A stretch of 64,000 nt of DNA from an uncultured Alphaproteobacteria bacterium. Lineage in GTDB: Bacteria; Pseudomonadota; Alphaproteobacteria; Rhizobiales; Rhodomicrobiaceae. The stretch lies in contig CAWIAL010000019.1 of assembly GCA_963834165.1 (NCBI GenBank), forward strand, positions 12,215-76,214. The letters are read 5' to 3'. The translations under genes were made by a program, and so were the position numbers. The notes under the pieces were generated by a model that did no database searches, was not told where the DNA came from, and saw only the letters and a program-made list of their open reading frames with translations. Below, one piece after another: positions 1 through 8,843 of the stretch (positions are counted from its first letter, which is position 1; each line of letters starts with the position of its first letter).

Positions 1-497
1 TGCGCACGAGTGCGGAAGGGGTCTGGGCGCTCGGGGACTGTAACGGCCGGGGCGCTTTCACCCACACGGCCTATAACGATTTCGAAATCGTAGCGGCCAA
101 TCTGCTCGATCACGATCAGCGCTCCGTAGCCGATCGGATCACCGCTTACGCCCTTTTCATCGATCCGCCGCTTGGAAGGGCGGGAATGACCGATGAAGCG
201 GTGCGCAAGTCGGGCCGTCGCGCGCTTCAGGGCATAAGGCCGATGACGCGAGTGGGCCGCGCGGTCGAGAAGGGCGAGACTCAAGGGTTCATGAAGATTG
301 TGGTCGATGCGGACACCAACGAGATCCTTGGCGCCGCCATCCTCGGCCCGGGAGGCGACGAAGCTATACACTGCATCCTCGATACGATGTACGCGAAGGC
401 GCCTTATCCCACGCTACGCCGCGCCATGCACATTCACCCGACCGTGTCGGAATTGATCCCGACGATCCTCGGCGAACTCCAGCCGCTCGTCGCTTAA
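1..497 (+). CDS. FAD-dependent pyridine nucleotide-disulfide oxidoreductase, C-terminal part (5' end outside window)
   Basis: Frame 3 is open from nt 3. Translation reads ..EGVWALGDCNGRGAFTHTAYNDFEIV.. (GD FAD-binding motif), then a dimerisation-domain-like ..MHIHPTVSELIP.. Stop at 495-497. Confidence 0.8.
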   Translation, partial: RTSAEGVWALGDCNGRGAFTHTAYNDFEIVAANLLDHDQRSVADRITAYALFIDPPLGRAGMTDEAVRKSGRRALQGIRPMTRVGRAVEKGETQGFMKIVVDADTNEILGAAILGPGGDEAIHCILDTMYAKAPYPTLRRAMHIHPTVSELIPTILGELQPLVA

Positions 498-3244
498 TGG
501 CAAGCTGGTTCTTCTCCCGGTTCAGCATCTTTCAAGAGGGAAATAATGCAGTTGCGCTCTTCCATGTTGTGCTTGTTATAAATCTGCCCATCGAGATAAG
601 CCTGCAAGGGAGGAGACAGCCACCAGCTCAGCGAGACACTCTTATATTGTGACTGCTGTTGTGCTTTCTTCATGATCCGCATCGCTTTCTCTTCGGCTTG
701 TTCAGGCGTGTCTGTGTATTTCAGGAGCAGTTCCCCAAAGAAGCTGTCTTCGGGTTGCGGGCAAACATGGATTTGCGCTGCGGAGGGGATACCGGCATTC
801 AGTTGGCGCGCTCTCTTGGGCAGTTCCAGGATCGTCTGATAACCCCGTGCAATCCGGGTCGCATTCACCGTGAGCAGGTCCATCAAGGAGCCTATGGGCC
901 GGAAATCGGCCTCGTCCGGGATCTGCGGCCTGGCCGGATAAGCGCTGTCCGCCGCGCAGTTTTTTGCGGCCTCAAACCAAGCCGGCTCGTTTGAGACTTG
1001 CAGGATGAAAGGCAGGAGCCTGCCGTCCAAAGCCTTCAGGCCGCGGGCGATTTCCACCGCAGTCACGATACCCGAATTATCGAAAAATCCCCCATCGACA
1101 ACGCTATCCGCAATTTGAGCCCTCCTGTCCCTGATGTCAGCGTGGGGCGTTACAAAGGGAGAGCGTGAACTGAGGCTGGCCGCGGTGCTGAGGCGGATGT
1201 CGACGGATACGGGCTTCTTTCCCTCGCACTTTACCGACGGGCCGAAAAGCGAAGGAAGCGCGCGGGCCACCTCATCGAGCGGACTGAGTTCGGGGTAGGT
1301 TTTGGTCACAGGGTCGAGGTAAGGAGAGCACAAGAGTTCATGAAAATCATAGGCGTCGGCGAAGAGAACGCTGCCGCCCGTTCCTATTGGATCTGTGATT
1401 TTCACAGGCGTGACGATGATGCGCCGCCCGGTTTGGATCGAGGTCGCGTTCATGAAGATAAGAGGCGTCCAACTCTCCGGGGACGGCGCCATCGCTTGCA
1501 GCGGGCCGGATAAGGGCGACGTTTGCCGTGACATCCCGTAGACCTCGTTGAAGGCTCTCTCCCACGCTGTTTCAAGGACGCCGGCGCGATCCATCACGAA
1601 TGGAAGCCGCGAAAGCATGGGAATGTCCCGCGCGAGGTAGGCAACAACGGTCGGGGAGATGAAGTCGTTGGACAACGCTGCCTGCAGAGTATCCTTGTAA
1701 GTCACAAAATCGGTCAGAAAATCCATGTTTGCGGGATGCGATGCGATTGCGCCAAGCGGCTTTGCTGTCGCGACGTTTGGAAACCACTGCCTTTGCCTGT
1801 AAAGCGCTGTCTTGAGTTCGTTGAGCGGGACATTTTGCTGGACCTTTAAAGCGCTGACAAAGAAGGCCGCCCCCACGGAACTGCCGGATACGCTCGATAT
1901 TGCGAAAAGCTGCTGGTGAAATGGGCGCCCACGCGGGTTTTTCCGTTTGTCGAGGCTGTCGTCTTCAAGAGCGCCAAGCACACTCGCGAGCAGGAACGCT
2001 GCCCTGCTGCCGCCGCCCTCGCCCGCGACGATGATCGGGCGTGGACAGGCGGCGAGCCCGGGCGCGTTCGCTGGGAATTGCTCGCAGCCCGTGGCATTCC
2101 ACCCGCTGGCGGCCTTCCACTCTTTCAGAGCATCGCCAAAAGCAACGGGCTTCAGCGTTGCCTGCTGGTCCTTCGATAGCGTTGCCATGCGCACAGTATG
2201 GCCGTCCCCAATAAAAAGGCCGGCCAAGACGCCAATGACGAGGAACGTAGTAATGAATGGAAACTGATGGCGGTTCGAAAGCAACGCCATGAGCGTCAGG
2301 AAAGGCAGCCACGCGCCAAGCACGATAAATACTAATGGAGCGCGCTTGAGAGAGAGCGTGTCGGCCATGAAATCCCACGCAGCCTGAAGGTTGGGATGAG
2401 ATGAAAGGCCAGACGTTGCAAAAGCTTCGCGGACGCTATCCGAATATGAAAGGAAATGAATCGCAACAAGGACGAGCAACAGGCAAGTAAGAACGCTCAT
2501 GTAGACCCACATGAAGAGCTTAGCCCGCTGCGCTGCGATCCACGTCTCCTGGCTTAGAAACTGAGGCTTCAACGCCGTCAGATGAACGTCATGCTCGTCT
2601 TGCTTTTGATCTTGCTTCCTTGTGAATTCTTCGATGCGTAAGAGGCTATCTTTGCATGTTTTTGGATCGCTACGCTCCAGCTGTTCCATTCTGCGCCGAA
2701 CGTAGCTTATGAATACATCGCGCAATGTAATTGCAATGACAATGCAACCCGTAGCAAAACACAGCATTATCAAGTGGAATCCAAGGAACTTTCTAAGTAT
2801 GACTTCGTATTCGTTTCCACTGGATGGCGATGGAAGATTTTCTGAAGCGGAGATCATGCCAATCAAAACGGCAATGAAAGCCAGAATGGCAAAGACCCGC
2901 GGCAGAACGAAAATATAGAACTTGAACCTGTTTTCTGTATCGACGCCGATCAGATCGAAATTCTGCAGCAGAAGCAGGCGGGTCGTGAAGACCAGCGGAA
3001 GCGCCCAAATGAAAACGCCAATCGCATAAAAGCTGGTCCAGTAAACGACCTCCTGAATCCAGTAAGGCCGGGCATCGAGCAGGAGATCTTGAACTTGAGG
3101 CAGCTCCATAAACGCGTAGAGCCCAACCAGAACGCTGAGGACGCTGAAAAACGAAACGCCGAGAGCGCGAATAAAGAGCCGGGTTTCTGACACTCGGTGA
3201 CGATTATGATGGGAGGGCGCATGCGCTTTGGAGGCTTCTGCCAT
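494..3244 (-). CDS. Polytopic-membrane patatin-like phospholipase (about seven N-terminal hydrophobic helices plus a C-terminal patatin domain)
   Basis: 920-codon ORF. The track start at 3256 is TTG; the first ATG is at 3244. Patatin motifs: GEGGGSRAA (oxyanion hole), SGSSVG (GxSxG nucleophile), VDGGFFDN (catalytic Asp). The first ~400 aa are hydrophobic-helix rich. GC counted 38-42% in 2701-2820. Confidence 0.8.
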   Translation of the reverse strand: MAEASKAHAPSHHNRHRVSETRLFIRALGVSFFSVLSVLVGLYAFMELPQVQDLLLDARPYWIQEVVYWTSFYAIGVFIWALPLVFTTRLLLLQNFDLIGVDTENRFKFYIFVLPRVFAILAFIAVLIGMISASENLPSPSSGNEYEVILRKFLGFHLIMLCFATGCIVIAITLRDVFISYVRRRMEQLERSDPKTCKDSLLRIEEFTRKQDQKQDEHDVHLTALKPQFLSQETWIAAQRAKLFMWVYMSVLTCLLLVLVAIHFLSYSDSVREAFATSGLSSHPNLQAAWDFMADTLSLKRAPLVFIVLGAWLPFLTLMALLSNRHQFPFITTFLVIGVLAGLFIGDGHTVRMATLSKDQQATLKPVAFGDALKEWKAASGWNATGCEQFPANAPGLAACPRPIIVAGEGGGSRAAFLLASVLGALEDDSLDKRKNPRGRPFHQQLFAISSVSGSSVGAAFFVSALKVQQNVPLNELKTALYRQRQWFPNVATAKPLGAIASHPANMDFLTDFVTYKDTLQAALSNDFISPTVVAYLARDIPMLSRLPFVMDRAGVLETAWERAFNEVYGMSRQTSPLSGPLQAMAPSPESWTPLIFMNATSIQTGRRIIVTPVKITDPIGTGGSVLFADAYDFHELLCSPYLDPVTKTYPELSPLDEVARALPSLFGPSVKCEGKKPVSVDIRLSTAASLSSRSPFVTPHADIRDRRAQIADSVVDGGFFDNSGIVTAVEIARGLKALDGRLLPFILQVSNEPAWFEAAKNCAADSAYPARPQIPDEADFRPIGSLMDLLTVNATRIARGYQTILELPKRARQLNAGIPSAAQIHVCPQPEDSFFGELLLKYTDTPEQAEEKAMRIMKKAQQQSQYKSVSLSWWLSPPLQAYLDGQIYNKHNMEERNCIISLLKDAEPGEEPACH

Positions 3245-3265
3245 AAACCCGGCCAAGGATTGCGG

Positions 3266-4867
3266 CTAAACGCGGCGGTTAAAGCCGATATTGTCATCGA
3301 CGACGGTCGCAGGCCCGACAGGGATTTTGGCTGGATTTGTTATGCTGAGCAGCTCGAACTCGATCTTATCGGCCCAAACCTTTCGCAGGAAATCGCCAAA
3401 AACGGCGATGTTGAGGGGTTCGCCGGGGCAGCGCCGGTATCCAAAACCGAAAGGCGCATAGCCCGCGTCATCGCAAACCGGAAGAGCCTTGCCGTCGACC
3501 ACGCCGTAAACAGTGCCGAACGCGCTGTTGGTGATTTCAGCCTTTCTGCCATCGCTGACCGGAAATGAGGTTTTGCCGAAGGGGCACTTCGCGAACCCTA
3601 TCTCTTTCGCTCTGGTTTCGCCGATCTGATCGCTCGTAGGCGCATGGATATAGCGATCGGGATTGAACTCGAGCGGGTTCTTCCAATGGACGGGATCGAA
3701 GCTCGCAGGCGCATGGGGCGTGATTGCATAGACATAGCGGTCTGCACCGTGGACGGGCATCAATTCATGAAGACTGGAAATGCTGCCCGGGTTCGGTGAA
3801 ATCGTCCGGAACAGCTCCATAACGAAACGTTGAAGCGGCGTGAAGGTGGTGCCATCGGCATTATCGTGGTCGCTTTCCATGGTTTTCTTGAACCAGGCCT
3901 TGACAGCCGGGTCGCCGGAGGTTTTCTCCAGCTTGAGCATGATATTATAAAGCGTATCGCCCCACTGGCTGAGGGCGCCGAAGTTGTGAAAACATTCGAA
4001 GACGATATCTTTGTGCCGGAAGTCCTCGCCCTCCTTGCCGTTCTTCGTCCAGTAATAGACAAATGTCTTCTCAGGGTCTTTTATTTTTCCGCTCATGACA
4101 TCGTGCGTCTTCGCTGCGATCCACTCCTTTAGCGGCGTCCGCAGCTCGCGCACTTTCATATAGTTCTCGTAAACAATCCCAAGCATGGGGTTCCGGACGC
4201 CGATAACGGTGTTGAAGCTGTGGCCAATTTGGCGAACGCCGGCCGGGACCTCGTCGCCCTTGACCCCAAGGTGCAGGTCCCAGAACAAATCGGGATAGCT
4301 TTCAAGATAGTGCCGCATCAGCGGCTGGCCGGCGTTTTGCGAGCTGAGAAGCTGGTCGAAGAAGGCCCTGACCTTGTCCGCATACATTGGCTCATAAAGG
4401 TCAGCCGTGAGCGCGGAAATATAAATGCGCTTTCGCCGGTTATCGGGTCCGCGCTTGTCGAGCCCCAGGATGAAGACCGAAAGCCCGTCTTTCTCGAAAC
4501 TTGGCTTCCAATCGTCATAAAGAAGCCCCCAAAGATCGTAAGGAAGCGCATACTCCTTGCTGAGGGCGTCGCCGATCATGGGCACCGGCGGTATGTCCGC
4601 ACGATAGAAGCTGGTGCGCAGGAAGGGCATGACGACGTGCTCGACATAGGCGGGGTCGAAGCCCGTGGGGATTATTTCAGGCGTTTGGCCTTGACCGGTT
4701 CTCTCAGCTGGGGCGCCCATCTGCGCACTGGCCTGCCCTCCGCCGGCGGCCAGCAATCCCGCGGCGCCGGCCACGATCAAGAATTGACGCCGCGCCATGT
4801 CGCCGGGCGCGGTTGCGGCGCTGCCGTCTTCGTTGGGATGGCTCCCCCCCGTTTGCTTCGAACTCAC
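3266..4867 (-). CDS. Twin-arginine-signal cytochrome P450-like haem-thiolate protein (atypical)
   Basis: GTG start with GGGAGG 5 nt upstream. Tat-like motif ARRQFLIVAGAAGLLAAGG..ASAQ. P450 hallmarks: ELFR (ExxR), FNPDRY (PERF-like), FGFGYRRCPG (Cys-ligand loop). Confidence 0.75.
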   Translation of the reverse strand: MSSKQTGGSHPNEDGSAATAPGDMARRQFLIVAGAAGLLAAGGGQASAQMGAPAERTGQGQTPEIIPTGFDPAYVEHVVMPFLRTSFYRADIPPVPMIGDALSKEYALPYDLWGLLYDDWKPSFEKDGLSVFILGLDKRGPDNRRKRIYISALTADLYEPMYADKVRAFFDQLLSSQNAGQPLMRHYLESYPDLFWDLHLGVKGDEVPAGVRQIGHSFNTVIGVRNPMLGIVYENYMKVRELRTPLKEWIAAKTHDVMSGKIKDPEKTFVYYWTKNGKEGEDFRHKDIVFECFHNFGALSQWGDTLYNIMLKLEKTSGDPAVKAWFKKTMESDHDNADGTTFTPLQRFVMELFRTISPNPGSISSLHELMPVHGADRYVYAITPHAPASFDPVHWKNPLEFNPDRYIHAPTSDQIGETRAKEIGFAKCPFGKTSFPVSDGRKAEITNSAFGTVYGVVDGKALPVCDDAGYAPFGFGYRRCPGEPLNIAVFGDFLRKVWADKIEFELLSITNPAKIPVGPATVVDDNIGFNRRV

Positions 4868-5084
4868 GTCAACCTCCCTGGAAGCGCGATTGCAAATCTA
4901 GTTTTGAATAATAAGTGCTGACAATTGACCGTGCATTGGCCAAATTCATATATAATTGATTTTTTATTACGGAAGTATTAGATAAGTATCTCAATCCTGA
5001 ATGTGCTGCAATGTCAAAGCTAGTAATAGTCCCCTTCAGAACGTGGATTTTACTTTTGTCTGCAAAGCAACTCTCTGCGGGAAC

Positions 5085-5792
5085 TCATGACCGGGGCGCC
5101 GCACTGGCGCTCGCACGCATGGCTGCGATAGCCGCCGCGTAATTTCGAGCGCCGAAAATGGCTGAGCCGGCGACGAACGCGGTCGCTCCGGCCGCCGCCG
5201 CCTGCGCAGCCGTCTCCACGTTCTCTCCGCCATCGACCTCGATGACCGGATGCAAGCCGCGCTCGGCGCACATCGCCCGGATCCTCCGGATCTTGGGCAG
5301 CATCTCGGGCAGGAAGGCTTGGCCGCCAAATCCCGGATTCACAGTCATCACCAGGATGACATCGCAAAGATGCAGGACATATTCGATGAAATCCGGCGGG
5401 CTCGCCGGATCCAGCACCACGCCCGCTTTCTTGCCGAGCGCCCGGATCTGAACCAGCGTTCGATGCAGATGATTGGTAAAGCCGGGCGCCGCCTGGACAA
5501 GCAGGTGATCCGCGCCCGCCCTGGCGAAGCCGGCAAGGTAGCGCTCCGGTTCCACGATCATGAGATGCACATTGAGGGGCTTCGCGGTTGACCGCCGGAT
5601 GGCCTCCAGCACGACCGGCCCGAGGGTGATGTTGGGTACGAAGCGGCCATCCATCACATCCACGTGGATCCAGTCGGCGCCGGCCGCATCGACGGCTCGC
5701 ACCTCTTCGCCAAGGCGCGTGAAGTCGGCCGACAAAATCGACGGTGCGATGATGATCGGCGTGTTTGCGTGGGAACTATCGGCTTGGGGCAT
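5085..5792 (-). CDS. rpe: Ribulose-phosphate 3-epimerase
   Basis: ..IIAPSILSADFTRLGEEVRAVDAAGADWIHVDVMDGRFVPNITLGP.. The ATG at 5792 gives 235 aa; the track ORF start at 5972 adds 60 non-homologous residues. Confidence 0.9.
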   Translation of the reverse strand: MPQADSSHANTPIIIAPSILSADFTRLGEEVRAVDAAGADWIHVDVMDGRFVPNITLGPVVLEAIRRSTAKPLNVHLMIVEPERYLAGFARAGADHLLVQAAPGFTNHLHRTLVQIRALGKKAGVVLDPASPPDFIEYVLHLCDVILVMTVNPGFGGQAFLPEMLPKIRRIRAMCAERGLHPVIEVDGGENVETAAQAAAAGATAFVAGSAIFGARNYAAAIAAMRASASAAPRS

Positions 5793-6124
5793 CGATTTCT
5801 TGCGGAGACGGGGGATCTGGGAACATGCAGTAGCATCCAACCGGCCGAGCGCCGTGCAGTTCCCTCGGCCCGGCGTCGTCGTCACGCCGCTAGCAAGCTG
5901 CGGTATGACGTCTGCCAATACGAGGCCGGCGCGCTTCAGGAAACTTGCTGAATTCCCTTTAGGGGTGCTCAACCAAGAACCTCGAGAGTGCGATATGCGG
6001 AAACCTTCGATGGTAAATGTTGTTTGACCAGAGCTGGTTGACGCCAGGGAGGTAGTTTTTGTCCGGCGGTCCGAACTGATGAAATGCAGGACCTGACGCC
6101 GAGGAGCGGCGGCGAGCGCAATTC

Positions 6125-6961
6125 ATGATGACAGCCAGCAAAATCTCGCTTCTGCTCGCCGACGTCGACGGCACGCTCGTCACGCACGAGAAGATTTTGA
6201 CCGAACGCGCCCGCAATGCCGTGCGCTGCCTGCGCGAACGAGGGATCCGGTTTGCAATTACGAGCGGACGGCCGCCGCGGGGCATGGCCATGCTTATAGA
6301 GCCGCTCGCCCTCGATACTCCTATAGCGGGCTTCAACGGCGGAATCTTCGTTCACCCCGACCTGACCATTATCGAGGAGCGTTTGCTTGCCGCCGATGCG
6401 GCTAGGCAAGCCTTGGACATCATCTTGAAGCGTGGGCTCGACGCCTGGGTCTACTGCGGCAACGACTGGCTGGTACGGGACATCGAAGCGCCGCACGTCG
6501 AGCGCGAGGCTTGGACGGTTAAGTTTCGCCCGAAGGCCGTGAAGGATTTTGACGGCGCGCTGCAAAGGGCCATCAAAATCGTCGGCGTGAGCGACGATCT
6601 CGCGAGCGTCGAGCGCTGCGAGGCCGATGCCCAGGCCGCGTTGGGCCATCGCGCGACCGCCGCGCGCTCGCAGCCCTATTATCTCGATGTGACCCATCCG
6701 GACGCGAACAAAGGTTTCGTTGCCGGCTACCTGGCGCGTACGCTCGGGATACCGGCAGAAGCGATCGCAACCATTGGCGATCAGCCTAACGACGTCTTGA
6801 TGTTCAAGCGCTCGGGCCTCAGCATTGCCATGGGCAATGCCAGCGAGGACGTGAAGCGGCAGGCGAGCGCCGTTACAGACCCGGACGGCGATGAGGGCTT
6901 TGCCAAAGCCGTCGAGCGCTTCTTGCTGAGCGCGCATGCTAAAAAGGAGATGGCACCATGA
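6125..6961 (+). CDS. Cof-type HAD-IIB sugar-phosphate phosphatase
   Basis: HAD motif I LLLADVDGTLV; C-terminal IGDQPNDVLMF..GNA motif. Its stop overlaps the tal start (ATGA). Confidence 0.85.
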   Translation: MMTASKISLLLADVDGTLVTHEKILTERARNAVRCLRERGIRFAITSGRPPRGMAMLIEPLALDTPIAGFNGGIFVHPDLTIIEERLLAADAARQALDIILKRGLDAWVYCGNDWLVRDIEAPHVEREAWTVKFRPKAVKDFDGALQRAIKIVGVSDDLASVERCEADAQAALGHRATAARSQPYYLDVTHPDANKGFVAGYLARTLGIPAEAIATIGDQPNDVLMFKRSGLSIAMGNASEDVKRQASAVTDPDGDEGFAKAVERFLLSAHAKKEMAP

Positions 6962-8043
6962 AGCCGACGCAAAAGCTCCATGACCTAGGTCAGAGCCTCT
7001 GGCTCGATAACATCACGCGAAGCTTGTTGAGCTCCGGCACGCTCCGCCGCTACATCGGTGAGCTTTCGGTCACCGGGCTGACATCCAACCCCACCATCTT
7101 CGACCAGGCTATCAAGAACAGCCAGGACTACGACGACGCCATCAGGAAGCTGGTCAAACGGGGTAACTCCGGGGAGGACCTGTTCCTTGAACTGGCCATC
7201 GAGGATATCGCAGCCGCCGCAGACTTGTTCGGCCCGGTGCACGACAGTACCCTTGGCGTCGATGGCTGGGTTTCGCTGGAAGTCTCCCCCTTGCTGGCTT
7301 ATGACACCAAAGCCACGATCGCGATGGCCAAAGAACTGCACGCCCGGGCCGGCCGCCGCAATATCCTGATCAAGATCCCCGGCACAAAAGAAGGGCTTCC
7401 GGCGATTGAAGAAACGATCTTCGCTGGCATACCTGTCAACGTCACGCTCCTGTTCTCGCGCGAGCAGTACCTCGCTGCGTCGGAAGCGTACATGCGAGGT
7501 ATTGAACGGCGGATCGACGCGGGGCTTAGCCCCTTCGTTGGTTCCGTTGCCTCGGTGTTCATCAGCCGCTGGGACGCCGCTGTGATGGGCAAGGTGCCGG
7601 ATGCCATCAGGAACCAGCTCGGGATCGCCATCGCCAAACGTATCTACAGCGCCTACGGCCGACAGCTTGGCTCGGAGCGCTGGATGCGTGCCTACAACGC
7701 TGGCGCTCGTCCGCAACGGCTTTTATGGGCGAGCACAGGCACAAAGGACCCCAGCGCTTCCGACATCCTGTATATCAAGGCACTGGCCGCGCCCTTCACG
7801 GTGAACACCATGCCGGAAGCGACGCTGAAAGCCTTCGCAGACCACGGCGAAATAGGTGCAACGATGTCCCCGCACGGGGGCGATGCCGAGGAGGTGCTGG
7901 CGCGGTTCGCCGAGGCCGGCATCGACGTCGATGCCCTCGCGGCCAGGCTTCAGGACGAAGGTGCGAAGTCGTTCGTCAAATCCTGGAACGATCTCCTGGG
8001 CGTGATCGCGTCCAAATGTGAGGTGCTGGAAAAAGCCGGGTAG
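6958..8043 (+). CDS. tal: Transaldolase (long form, 361 aa)
   Basis: ..LHDLGQSLWLDNITRSLL..TSNPTIF..ILIKIPGTKEGL.. AAGGAGA lies upstream of the ATG. Confidence 0.9.
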   Translation: MKPTQKLHDLGQSLWLDNITRSLLSSGTLRRYIGELSVTGLTSNPTIFDQAIKNSQDYDDAIRKLVKRGNSGEDLFLELAIEDIAAAADLFGPVHDSTLGVDGWVSLEVSPLLAYDTKATIAMAKELHARAGRRNILIKIPGTKEGLPAIEETIFAGIPVNVTLLFSREQYLAASEAYMRGIERRIDAGLSPFVGSVASVFISRWDAAVMGKVPDAIRNQLGIAIAKRIYSAYGRQLGSERWMRAYNAGARPQRLLWASTGTKDPSASDILYIKALAAPFTVNTMPEATLKAFADHGEIGATMSPHGGDAEEVLARFAEAGIDVDALAARLQDEGAKSFVKSWNDLLGVIASKCEVLEKAG

Positions 8044-8047
8044 TCAG

Positions 8048-8768
8048 GTGAGTACTGCTTCAGTTCTCAGTTTCGCGAAAGAGATGCAAGCGGGTGCGGG
8101 CCTGGCACCTTCGCGGGCAGCTGTCAGGAAAGTCCTGGTCGCCGATGTGGGGGGCACCAACGTCAAGCTCCTTGTTACCGGGCAAAGCGAGCCTCGCAAA
8201 TTGGCATCCGGCCCCATGCTTACGCCGGAGCTGATGATGGCCGAAATCGAGCGGCTCATCTCCGATTGGGACTACGAGGCCGTATCGATTGGTTATCCTG
8301 GGCCTGTTCTCGACGGACGTCCGGTGGCAGAACCGCATAATCTGGGAAGCGGCTGGGTTGGGTTCGATTTCGCTGCTGCATTCGGCCGCCCGGTGAAGAT
8401 CGTGAACGACGCGGTCATGCAGGCCATTGGAAGTTACAGGTCGGGAAAAATGCTGTTTCTCGGCCTTGGAACAGGGTTCGGAATCTGCCATCGTCGTCCA
8501 CGGCAATGCTGAGCCTTTGGAACTCGGCCATCTCCCTTACAAGAAGGGCACCTACGAGGATTATGTCGGCCGCCGCGGGCTGGAGCGGAATGGGAAGAAG
8601 CAGTGGCGCCGCGATGTTGCCGATGTAGTCGGACGCCTCATCGCCGCTCTTCAACCGTCCGACACGGTCATAGGCGGCGGCAACGTCTGCAAACTGAAAG
8701 AGCTGCCTCCAAACTCCCGCGCCGGTCATAACGCTCATGCCTTCCATGGTGGATATCGGCTTTGGGAC
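8048..8768 (+). pseudogene. ROK-family (polyphosphate-glucokinase-like) sugar kinase, frame broken by a 1-nt insertion at 8482/8483
   Basis: Frame 2 reads ..[35 protein letters not shown] and then hits a stop at 8510-8512. The homologous continuation [39 protein letters not shown] is in frame 0. Start is GTG 8048 or ATG 8084. Confidence 0.7.
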
Positions 8769-8843
8769 ATACCAGAGCCATATACTTCGCAAGGCGCTCA
8801 TGTTCATTTGCGCGGGCTGAAAGAAGTCGACAGTGGATGGGGG

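Noticed and set aside
5793-5972. Longer N-termini offered by the ORF track: rpe from 5972, pgl from 11302, the DUF4174 protein from 28090, the secreted protein from 44017, the SDR from 17494, and the ROK gene from 8018.
   Set aside because: The extensions overlap neighbouring genes or repeat elements and lack homology. Internal ATG/GTG codons with Shine-Dalgarno-like sequences give proteins of the expected family length.
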